Shown piece after piece: positions 45,412-53,607 of a stretch of 64,000 nucleotides of DNA. Below the pieces are notes generated by a model, which was not told where the DNA came from, did not search any database, and was given only the letters and a program-made list of their open reading frames with translations. A program made the position numbers and the translations under genes. Each line of letters begins with the position of its first letter. Positions within the stretch are counted from its first letter, which is position 1. The DNA is taken from positions 124,001 through 188,000 of IMG/VR virus record IMGVR_UViG_3300013233_000093; one strand, written 5' to 3'.

Positions 45412-46410
45412 ATGAACATCAGTATGATGGACAACGTGTTGGCACTTAAGATGTTTGATGAATGTGAGTTCATCGTGCATCTGGAATCCGATGAGGATAA
45501 CAATCCCACAAGCATTGGCTTTAGCTACTACGGGGAAAACATTTTAATCAATGCGTATAAGAAACAGTTGAACATGACGGAGTCGTGTATCGAATGGCGG
45601 TATGACAGCAAGTACGACTTTGAATCGGTGACACGCACCACCAAAGGATTATTCGATCTAATCCACATCACCAAGGAAGCACACGCTTTATTTTTGAAGC
45701 TTGTGTCTCAACAGCTTGTGGTATTACGTACCATTACACCCTTGCTGAAGAACGTCACTAGCCTGGTAAAGAATAATGTCGGGAGCGGTGACAATAAGGT
45801 CGGTGATGTACTGGCGCTAGCCGCGCTCATTGCTTTGGAGGCCTCTGAAGAAGATCTGTTAGCAATCGATCACAACCCGTCCACTGTAAAGGATACAGTG
45901 ACCATGGGACGGGTTATCACCGCATCAGGTAATAACCGCGATATGCTGACTCGCTGTGTGGGCAAGCCGTGGTTGTTTGACACTACCACGTTTGATGCCG
46001 CATGCATGACAACCACGCACACGGACAGAGGCATCGCAGTGTCTCTGATCGAAAGCAGTCCTGGTGAGATGTCTGCACACATTCTTTCGTACGACAAGAT
46101 TGACGACAGCGTTATCTTGACGCGAGAGTTTGAGTCGGCACTGTTGAAGGCGGGTGGTGTGGACACACGTCTCACTGCGGTATCTGTGTTAATCTACGCC
46201 ATGTCAAAAGTGGGCATGGATACTGTAACATACGAGATGTATGTAGACGAAGTAAATCGAATGGTGTCGATTGCAGCGTGTACAGAAGACTTCATTCCTC
46301 TGTACGACGACATCGAATCGCTGGAAGGCATTAACAAGGAGTCGTTCCGGTTAAACCACGAGCTGTATCCCTTGGCACTACACGATGTTAAGATGGCGGT
46401 ATTGGGTTAA
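45412..46410 (+). CDS. Hypothetical protein
   Basis: 332 aa; leader aaccaaagaga shared with the promoter cassettes. Confidence 0.8.
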   Translation: MNISMMDNVLALKMFDECEFIVHLESDEDNNPTSIGFSYYGENILINAYKKQLNMTESCIEWRYDSKYDFESVTRTTKGLFDLIHITKEAHALFLKLVSQQLVVLRTITPLLKNVTSLVKNNVGSGDNKVGDVLALAALIALEASEEDLLAIDHNPSTVKDTVTMGRVITASGNNRDMLTRCVGKPWLFDTTTFDAACMTTTHTDRGIAVSLIESSPGEMSAHILSYDKIDDSVILTREFESALLKAGGVDTRLTAVSVLIYAMSKVGMDTVTYEMYVDEVNRMVSIAACTEDFIPLYDDIESLEGINKESFRLNHELYPLALHDVKMAVLG

Positions 46411-46445
46411 ACTTGTTTTACCAACAAACATAAGAGGTAACATTT

Positions 46446-47132
46446 GTGAAGAAGACAAAGCTCGCGCTAGAGTCATGGCATCCCACCGCTATGCGTCGTC
46501 GGTCGGTCGTAGCGAACGTAGGGGAGGGCTATCCTGTCCCAGGCATACTGGGTGTGCTAGGCCTGTACATCCAATCGTTTTGTGATGCGCAGGGTGTTTC
46601 CATTCGATCGTTCACCACACGGGTGGGCATCGCGCCGCCAAGGATGTGTAAGATCTTGGAAGGCAAAGTGGTGGTAAGCCGTACACACTTGGGACTTATC
46701 CATGACTACATGCGATCCAGGGCAGGGGATGACTTTGACCAGCGTGACTGGAGAAAGATGGTCGCGGTGATAACGGGCAAGGAGGAACATCCGGTAGGCA
46801 AGTTGGTACGCAGTCTATTAGCGCCCACCGAGGCCGACATGCGGAAGCTCGCGAGCTATATGATGATTACCACAGGTTATCTGCATCGCATATGCGCTGG
46901 ATCAGAGGCGTTGAATTACAGCAACTCGGTGAAGATCCGTCGCTATGCGAAATCGATAGGTGTGGATAGCGCAGAGTTAACAGAGGTGTTGCAGGTTAAC
47001 ACCTCTCAGTTATCAGCCAGCTCCATGGAAGACCGGTTTAAAGCCCTGTCTTCTGATCAACAAGCCACGATCGTTAAGATCATGGCTTGTATGGAGGTGG
47101 ATAACGATGCCCCAGTACACAAACGTACGTAA
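46446..47132 (+). CDS. Tandem XRE-HTH protein
   Basis: QGVSIRSFTTRVGIAPPRMCKILEGK and MRKLASYMMITTGYLHRICAG. Confidence 0.7.
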   Translation: MKKTKLALESWHPTAMRRRSVVANVGEGYPVPGILGVLGLYIQSFCDAQGVSIRSFTTRVGIAPPRMCKILEGKVVVSRTHLGLIHDYMRSRAGDDFDQRDWRKMVAVITGKEEHPVGKLVRSLLAPTEADMRKLASYMMITTGYLHRICAGSEALNYSNSVKIRRYAKSIGVDSAELTEVLQVNTSQLSASSMEDRFKALSSDQQATIVKIMACMEVDNDAPVHKRT

Positions 47133-47385
47133 GCCGTTTAGGGACTTCGCTATTGACAACTGCAGCATCATCATCATCGTCGACGGTGTACGGTGTAACA
47201 TCGGATACCAGGAGATGACAATGACCACGTTAAACGCCAACGTGACTCATGCGTACAAGGTAACTGATGGATATGTGGACATATGCTTGTTTACGCTTAC
47301 ACACCGTACGAGGATTGTATCACAGCGTAATGCAGATCGGTATTACGTAACCCACTCACTCATTTCGGAACAGGAAAGATCCTAA
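47107..47385 (+). CDS. Hypothetical protein
   Basis: 92 aa; GGAGG RBS. Confidence 0.65.
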   Translation: MPQYTNVRKPFRDFAIDNCSIIIIVDGVRCNIGYQEMTMTTLNANVTHAYKVTDGYVDICLFTLTHRTRIVSQRNADRYYVTHSLISEQERS

Positions 47386-48176
47386 TGAATACAAAAGGTT
47401 TTATCACTTGCAATGCCCACTCCATGTGGTCTGAAAACGACATACGCGGTGCCTTAGAGCCGTATCTAAATGTGGCAGTAACGCATACGAATGCTCTGCG
47501 GTCTACCGTCATGCTGTGTGTGTTTCGCACAGACGGCACTATCCTAGCACGACAGTCGTTGAGTACCGGCACTGTATCCTACACACCAGAGTCAAAAATC
47601 TGGTCTAAGTACATGCTGGACACGTCTACCGACGTAATGGCAGTGACCAGTTCTGTACGGAGTCTACGTGCGTTACTGAAACCGGTTAGTCCTGATGGGT
47701 TAAACAGCTTGGCGTTTTTAAAGATCAGTACCTTTCGCATGAGGGGCAGTGTATCTGAACGTGCGTTAAGTCAGTTGCAATCCATCGTCATTAATGGTGA
47801 TGGTGATGGTGGCAATCCGGATTGCGGTAAGTTGACGACGGACGTGGATAGCAGTGGCGCCATGACTGTTACGTCAAGTTCTGCTCAAGCTGGGTTTGAA
47901 ACGCCCGGGCGTACGCGAAAGGGAGAATACATAATCGTCTCTTCGTCGGACAGTCACGTCATCACCGCTTCTAACATTGTCAATGCTAAGCACAAGTGTA
48001 GCTTACACATGACAGTCGTGTCAAACGGCAAATGTCCTACCGGTACGTGGACGTATGGCATTGGTACGTACCGAGCTGATTTATCAACTCCGTGCGGATT
48101 TGATGAGATAGTCTCTCAAGTAACTCCGATAGCAGGACAGCTCTCTAATTGGGCAGATCGCTATCTAGGAAAATAA
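47385..48176 (+). CDS. Hypothetical protein, probable paralogue of 51633-52442
   Basis: SENDIRGALEPYL vs SEGDVSVALSPSL; CGKLTTDVDSSGAMTV vs CMPKLGTQSTQAGTMQV. Confidence 0.7.
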   Translation: MNTKGFITCNAHSMWSENDIRGALEPYLNVAVTHTNALRSTVMLCVFRTDGTILARQSLSTGTVSYTPESKIWSKYMLDTSTDVMAVTSSVRSLRALLKPVSPDGLNSLAFLKISTFRMRGSVSERALSQLQSIVINGDGDGGNPDCGKLTTDVDSSGAMTVTSSSAQAGFETPGRTRKGEYIIVSSSDSHVITASNIVNAKHKCSLHMTVVSNGKCPTGTWTYGIGTYRADLSTPCGFDEIVSQVTPIAGQLSNWADRYLGK

Positions 48177-48177
48177 T

Positions 48178-48208
48178 AACCCTTCAACCCTTCAACCCTT
48201 CAACCTTC
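48178..48208 (+). repeat. 8-nt tandem repeat (aacccttc) x3 plus a partial copy
   Basis: Read directly from the sequence. Confidence 0.9.
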
Positions 48209-48223
48209 TCTAGGAGAGAAACA

Positions 48224-48370
48224 ATGTTTAACTGTTTAACTGAGTATCGCGTAGCGTCATCCCGTATTGCATTGGGCTTCTTTGTATTTGGCGTGGCAAG
48301 CGTCGTGTATAAATACCGTTATCCCGTGGCAATCATTGCGGCATACGCCGCGTTATACCAGTTGGTTTAA
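48224..48370 (+). CDS. Small membrane protein (48 aa)
   Basis: AGGAG RBS; two short hydrophobic segments; hairpin at 48382-48406 follows. Confidence 0.6.
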   Translation: MFNCLTEYRVASSRIALGFFVFGVASVVYKYRYPVAIIAAYAALYQLV

Positions 48371-48426
48371 CAACCCCTTTAGCAGTCGGCGTTTTACGCC
48401 GACTGCCTTTATACAGGATTATCAAA

Positions 48427-48609
48427 ATGAGATTACACATATTGCTGCTTATCGCGCTGGCAGTCGCCACGGGCATTTGGATAAACGCGCTTTTGGCCAG
48501 TCACAGCGTATCCATAAGCGGGTACCAAGATCCACACAAAGACTTCAAGCCGGGTCTATGTCAGGCATGTCACCCACTGCCACCACGGTACCCTGGACGC
48601 GTAACATGA
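48427..48609 (+). CDS. Exported mini-protein with a c-type haem motif (magnetochrome-like PH-x7-CxxCH)
   Basis: AGGA RBS; N-terminal signal/TM; ISGYQD-PH-KDFKPGL-CQACH-PL; stop overlaps the next start (ATGA). Confidence 0.7.
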   Translation: MRLHILLLIALAVATGIWINALLASHSVSISGYQDPHKDFKPGLCQACHPLPPRYPGRVT

Positions 48610-49085
48610 TTATGACACCGGATGCACACAGTGTACGAGAATCACACGGAGCTGATGTAATAGCAATCATTGGAATGGCGGGGTTTGTGGTGTTCGACAT
48701 CACATGGATACAGTCGCATCTAACCGCTATGATGGTGCCCGTGGTTGTGCTCGCGTCGCTGATCGCAGCGGCATTGATTAACAAAGCTTCCTCTCATATA
48801 CTTATGGATGGGTTAATCCGTGGCAATGAGCAAAGAGCTTACTGGGCAGTAGCACGATCTGTGTCACACGATCACGGACTGCTTGCCACCTTATACGCCG
48901 CAGTGGGTTTGGTCGTGGGCTGTAACATTTACTTCTACTCCATAGACGCGACGTTTATGTCTGACGTGTTTATAGGGACGTGTGTGTATGCGAGTATCAT
49001 GCACGGCAGGTACGCAGCTGTGCGATCGGTACAGCCTTACTTTATCGTTAGCACGGAACAGGAGCAGTCATGCGATACACTATGA
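48606..49085 (+). CDS. 4-TM membrane protein
   Basis: Start set at ATG 48606 (ATGA coupling); four hydrophobic helices. Confidence 0.75.
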   Translation: MIMTPDAHSVRESHGADVIAIIGMAGFVVFDITWIQSHLTAMMVPVVVLASLIAAALINKASSHILMDGLIRGNEQRAYWAVARSVSHDHGLLATLYAAVGLVVGCNIYFYSIDATFMSDVFIGTCVYASIMHGRYAAVRSVQPYFIVSTEQEQSCDTL

Positions 49086-49510
49086 AGCGGCAAGATTTGG
49101 AGTATGCTAAAAAGGACGTGGTGATGGCAGGTGTATACAACGCATCCGGCATTACGGCATTTACCCTGGTGGACATATTGATGCACGCGGGCGGGTATAC
49201 GTACCACTTGATGGCGATCGCGGCATTGGTGATACTTACCATGGTTATCGTAGATTATTATGCCAGTCAGTTACATGACCTTGTGTCTGTCGACGATATC
49301 GCCACCTTCGATACCGACATCCTTGTGCATTACGTTAAGTTTGTCATTTATGCGTGCACTGCTATAAGCGGTTTCTGCTTCTTATGGCTTACGTTACAAC
49401 CAAACCATTTTGCGCCGCCGCTGGTGGCGATCGTTTACTTTACACACATGCGTCTATTCTGGATGGTGTGGTTTGTAAAAATAAAAAAGGAGTCTTCTGA
49501 TGAATCTTAA
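49070..49510 (+). CDS. 4-TM membrane protein
   Basis: Four hydrophobic helices; several His residues. Confidence 0.8.
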   Translation: MRYTMKRQDLEYAKKDVVMAGVYNASGITAFTLVDILMHAGGYTYHLMAIAALVILTMVIVDYYASQLHDLVSVDDIATFDTDILVHYVKFVIYACTAISGFCFLWLTLQPNHFAPPLVAIVYFTHMRLFWMVWFVKIKKESSDES

Positions 49511-49534
49511 AGAGCTTAAAGAGGATTGTGCACT

Positions 49535-49954
49535 ATGTACACCGACGAAAGCTTAGAAGATAGGGCTGCGTTTCTACACAACTTTACACAGGCGTATGTA
49601 ATGGGAATGGCTATTTATACGACATTTTATTACATCATATCAGGATCTGCAATGGCATTGCTCCCGCTTGCTTGCTTAACTGCACCAAGCTTTGTCGTAA
49701 TATGGTGGAAGGCGGAGGTGCGGCGACAGCCGCTTATTACGGATGGGTATAAAAAACGTGTGAGTATTGCAAGAAGTATATTCGACATTAGCTTACATTG
49801 CGTGTTAGCGTACTACGCGATCGCAGCGGTGCGTGCAGGATTTACGCCAGAGTCGTTTACGCACGTGGTTATAATGGCGTTAACTTACACTGTGGCTGCA
49901 GGGGCGTCTGAGATATCGCTGCCGGGCGACGACTTGACGTCTACGCCGAAATAA
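49535..49954 (+). CDS. 4-TM membrane protein
   Basis: Start set at ATG 49535 (GAGGA RBS). Confidence 0.75.
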   Translation: MYTDESLEDRAAFLHNFTQAYVMGMAIYTTFYYIISGSAMALLPLACLTAPSFVVIWWKAEVRRQPLITDGYKKRVSIARSIFDISLHCVLAYYAIAAVRAGFTPESFTHVVIMALTYTVAAGASEISLPGDDLTSTPK

Positions 49955-50013
49955 AGGTTTGCGGTAACTAAGCAAGTAATGTCACATGCTTATCATTAAT
50001 GAGGAATGGTGTT

Positions 50014-50439
50014 ATGAGTAAAACAGATCCATTACGAGGCTATACCGGACTTGGGTTTCAGGACGTTATTTGGTTCGCGTATACCGTGTACACGGTAAAT
50101 ACAATGACGACTGATATACCCATAATAATGTCGTGGGCGTTTGCCACTGCATTAACTGGATGGGTTTTTGGCTTGCACTACAGCACAGCTGCATACACGA
50201 GTCGGATTAACCTTCACGCCGCGCGTCAGGCAACGGATAGGAATATGGCGATGACTGTAAAGGCGTGCGTCATAACACACGCCATATTTTTACTGTCTGC
50301 ATTGGCGACCTCCGTACTCGTTATCGGATACGCAGACGACATTAACAAAATGCATATCGGTTACCTAATCGTATCAGGTATTTACATGCTACTTAACGCA
50401 CTCTTTGCCGTGCTAATCATGGGGGACGTTAAGCGATGA
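50014..50439 (+). CDS. 4-TM membrane protein
   Basis: Start set at ATG 50014 (GAGGA RBS). Confidence 0.75.
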   Translation: MSKTDPLRGYTGLGFQDVIWFAYTVYTVNTMTTDIPIIMSWAFATALTGWVFGLHYSTAAYTSRINLHAARQATDRNMAMTVKACVITHAIFLLSALATSVLVIGYADDINKMHIGYLIVSGIYMLLNALFAVLIMGDVKR

Positions 50440-50867
50440 ATAAACCATTTGCGGTGATTGCCAAGTTCGTGTTTATTTGGATGATCTTGACGTGGTTTAC
50501 CCATGAGACTGTCGTGCCCATAGTAAAGGCGGGTTTAGAAGTGAGTGGGGATCAGCTGCTCGTGTTTGGATTTATGTTAGTCTACATGACCATAGCGTAT
50601 ATTCTAACACACCGCTGCAGCACACTCGTCTATTTAATGGAAGACCGTCCGTGTGTTGATGTACGTAAATCCTTGATTAGAACTATGTCAGTGGATGTGA
50701 TTGTACAAGTGTTGTTTATAGTAACTGCGTGGTACCTGCTTCCGTCTACACCTGTAGAAGTATTGTTACTTACTTGTGGTCTACTTATCGTGTACGTATC
50801 AGTGCTTTACATTAACATACGCCGCATGGACAAAGCTAGGGTGTCGTTGCAAGGAGACGTCAAATAA
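50436..50867 (+). CDS. 4-TM membrane protein
   Basis: ATGA overlap; four hydrophobic helices. Confidence 0.8.
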   Translation: MNKPFAVIAKFVFIWMILTWFTHETVVPIVKAGLEVSGDQLLVFGFMLVYMTIAYILTHRCSTLVYLMEDRPCVDVRKSLIRTMSVDVIVQVLFIVTAWYLLPSTPVEVLLLTCGLLIVYVSVLYINIRRMDKARVSLQGDVK

Positions 50868-50868
50868 A

Positions 50869-51345
50869 ATGGATACACCAGGTATGGTGGTGATAGAATG
50901 TGAGTCAGTGGTGCTGGATGCTATGACAGGACTGTCATTTGGCATAATGTGCATGGCAATGGCTAACTACCTATTCGTGGGTAGCTGGCACCTGACGTTC
51001 CTTTTAGTAGTCGGGGTACTGATAAGTAATTACCGGCTACGTGGCGTCTTATCTCGATACCGTTGTTTGTTACAGCAAGATTATACATCAAGCATGGACT
51101 ACATGACAAGCAACGTTGTGTCATCCACCTCTTCAATTGCACTGCTGTTCATACTGTTTAGCGTGGCCACTGCGTACACAGCAGTGCATACAGTCATGTG
51201 GCCTGCGTTACTCATTACTTATATAGTGACTGCATTACTATACTGGAAGGTCAACAACGCACTGAGTTATTACACACTCTCGGTGAATCACCACAGATCC
51301 CAGTTTATACGTAATACAGTCACGGGTAGGTACGAACGTGTGTAA
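50869..51345 (+). CDS. 4-TM membrane protein
   Basis: Start set at ATG 50869 (AAGGAG RBS). Confidence 0.75.
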   Translation: MDTPGMVVIECESVVLDAMTGLSFGIMCMAMANYLFVGSWHLTFLLVVGVLISNYRLRGVLSRYRCLLQQDYTSSMDYMTSNVVSSTSSIALLFILFSVATAYTAVHTVMWPALLITYIVTALLYWKVNNALSYYTLSVNHHRSQFIRNTVTGRYERV

Positions 51346-51369
51346 TTTGCGTTCGTCTGTATGATAACG

Positions 51370-51406
51370 CTATATTACCTTAGTGAGGCATGCGACCTTG
51401 CATGTT
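51370..51406 (+). promoter_or_regulatory. Early promoter variant
   Basis: cTATATTACcttagtga followed by hairpin gcatgc-gacctt-gcatgt. Confidence 0.6.
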
Positions 51407-51447
51407 GTAACCATAGGTGCCATAACCTACAAAGATAGGTATGGTAA

Positions 51448-51630
51448 GTGAAGAGTATGAAATTAGATGTAGAGTCTCTACTGATCGCCGTTGTGGCGGT
51501 CGTTGTTCTTGTCGGGTGTTTTGCACCTGACGCTTCCACAGGTCGTACTTATAAAGAGTACGGCCCTTCTGAAACAGAAGCGGCGCAGTTGCGTCGCGAT
51601 TATGGGCCTGCGAGGCCCAAAGGATATTAA
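51448..51630 (+). CDS. Small putative lipoprotein
   Basis: Hydrophobic stretch ending in the lipobox LVGC. Confidence 0.65.
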   Translation: MKSMKLDVESLLIAVVAVVVLVGCFAPDASTGRTYKEYGPSETEAAQLRRDYGPARPKGY

Positions 51631-51632
51631 AA

Positions 51633-52442
51633 ATGTTTGTTGCCCGTAACTACAACGCCAAGGCTAGCATTAGCCTTGGCGTATTAACCAGTGAGGGGGA
51701 TGTGTCTGTTGCACTGTCCCCCTCACTGAGAGGAGTGGAACACGGCTACGCAGTGATCGCCACTCTGCGGGGAGGTGCCATGAAAGCACTAGCCCCAGCT
51801 GGCCGTGTGCTGGAAGCCTGCACAGGTTTCCAGGTATTTACCAGAGATGGTAAATACCTTGTTCTAGGCACTGCTGTCGGTGACGACAGTGCTTATATCC
51901 GTCTCTTCAACCGCTATGGTAAAAACATAGCGGCCGTGTTCGAGGCGGGAGACGTAGATTCTTTTACGTTCTCCTCCTCATTTCTGGAGTCCATTATTAA
52001 TGGACTCTTGGTGGCCTCTGGGAATTTTCCCAGAGAGTCACAGTGGGGGCGCAAGTCCTTCTCTTCCAAGACCAGCGATGGCTTGGATCCATGCATGCCC
52101 AAACTGGGCACCCAGAGCACCCAGGCGGGTACAATGCAGGTAAACGGTGATATGAAGAATATCACCATCGACATCACCACCCGTGAGGGGAAAGTGATGG
52201 CGTTGAAAGCGCTTAAGAAGCACACCCGCACCGCCTACAGTGTGTCCGACGATCTGTCCATGGTAGTATGTGCACAGCAAAACGCTGCGGGAGATCATTT
52301 CCGCAGTAAACTGTCAGTCTACACCTTCGGTGATGGAGAGTATCTCCACACCGCTACGGTGTGGCTGCCCGTCGATCACGACGGGGTTATGGGTCACACA
52401 GAAATGTGTGACCGGGTCGGCCACATGTTAAGAGGAGGCTAA
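51633..52442 (+). CDS. Hypothetical protein, probable paralogue of 47385-48176
   Basis: Shared motifs with 47385; FTRDGKYLVLG blade-like motif. Confidence 0.7.
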   Translation: MFVARNYNAKASISLGVLTSEGDVSVALSPSLRGVEHGYAVIATLRGGAMKALAPAGRVLEACTGFQVFTRDGKYLVLGTAVGDDSAYIRLFNRYGKNIAAVFEAGDVDSFTFSSSFLESIINGLLVASGNFPRESQWGRKSFSSKTSDGLDPCMPKLGTQSTQAGTMQVNGDMKNITIDITTREGKVMALKALKKHTRTAYSVSDDLSMVVCAQQNAAGDHFRSKLSVYTFGDGEYLHTATVWLPVDHDGVMGHTEMCDRVGHMLRGG

Positions 52443-52460
52443 ATATTGATGTTGGTTAGA

Positions 52461-52513
52461 TAGGTTGACGTTACATACGTCAACCTAGCCTATGTCTTTA
52501 TTTTTTATTTTTT
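52461..52513 (+). terminator. Hairpin + TATGTC + T-tract
   Basis: taggttgacgt-tacat-acgtcaaccta. Confidence 0.8.
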
Positions 52514-53596
52514 ATGAGTACATACTTACAAGGCATCATAGACGGGGAACCTGCGAAGTTCTTTACGTCTGCATCTAAAAACGGTGACTGTGTTGTAACC
52601 TACGATAACACAAGTGTCGGCGTATTGCACACTAAGTGCATCGTAAATTCCAGTTGGACTGCGTTACCTGATGTCACTGTCCCGACCGTTACGGGTGATA
52701 AGTTCAGTGGGCTGTTTGCAATAAGCGGAGACGGGCAGCGACTATTCACTGCGGGATACGCCGCGACAGGCACTGTAAACATTTACGTGCGTCAGAGAAT
52801 CACGGCAGGTTGGGCATCTCCAATAAGCGTAATAACCACGGTTACTGCGTATGATTTACACACACAGCTTATTGTTTCTTATGACGGATCGTTAGTCGTT
52901 ATCAACAGCATAGACAATCTGACAAAGGCGTCTGAGTTCTATCTGTTTAAAGCCACTACGGCATGGCCTGCGATACCACACGTTATCACAGCAGATAGGA
53001 TAAGTTGTAGTAACGATGGCACCCGTGTCGTCTGTGGCACTGCATGCGGGTTAACTGCTCGAGGTAAGGCAGACTTGCTTTACTACGATAATGGAACATG
53101 GCTTCCTCCTGTAAGTCTCGATGCCAAGCTCACTGGGCGATCGTCCACGCGGGACGGTTTAGTGACGATATCAGGGGACGGACTCACTGTGGTGTGCGCT
53201 GCGCTGTTAAACCCACCCAGGGGATCCACAGTAGGGACTTATTCACTTGTGCGATATCAACTGGCTGAAATCGGGAACGTCGCTTACGCGGGCGTTATAG
53301 GCGCCAGAACGGGATGCGGTATACAAGAGCTACCAGCAATCATCCAGAACATTGTGATCTGCACTCGCGGGGAGAACGTCCTTGTGTATGGAGTAGATGC
53401 TGCAGGCGGGATGGTCTCTGATCTGTACACGATGAAAGACGCGTTATGGCGGGTGATAAAAGCACCTGCTACCGTGGAACTTATTACCCTGCAATCTGTA
53501 TCTGCACCCAGAGCTTACGTATGCAATAACGCCGATGCGTACATGATTACCTATGCCACACCGAATGGTGTAGAACGATCCAGTATACTAAAGTGA
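52514..53596 (+). CDS. Beta-propeller protein (divergent FG-GAP-like)
   Basis: ISGDGQRLF, VSYDGSLVV, CSNDGTRVV, ISGDGLTVV blades. Confidence 0.8.
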   Translation: MSTYLQGIIDGEPAKFFTSASKNGDCVVTYDNTSVGVLHTKCIVNSSWTALPDVTVPTVTGDKFSGLFAISGDGQRLFTAGYAATGTVNIYVRQRITAGWASPISVITTVTAYDLHTQLIVSYDGSLVVINSIDNLTKASEFYLFKATTAWPAIPHVITADRISCSNDGTRVVCGTACGLTARGKADLLYYDNGTWLPPVSLDAKLTGRSSTRDGLVTISGDGLTVVCAALLNPPRGSTVGTYSLVRYQLAEIGNVAYAGVIGARTGCGIQELPAIIQNIVICTRGENVLVYGVDAAGGMVSDLYTMKDALWRVIKAPATVELITLQSVSAPRAYVCNNADAYMITYATPNGVERSSILK

Positions 53597-53607
53597 GGTA
53601 AATAAGA

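Noticed and set aside
48267-48605. 5' extension of the 272-aa ORF given in the track
   Set aside because: Weak TTG start, crosses a hairpin, and overlaps two better-supported small genes; the ATGA-coupled start at 48606 is preferred
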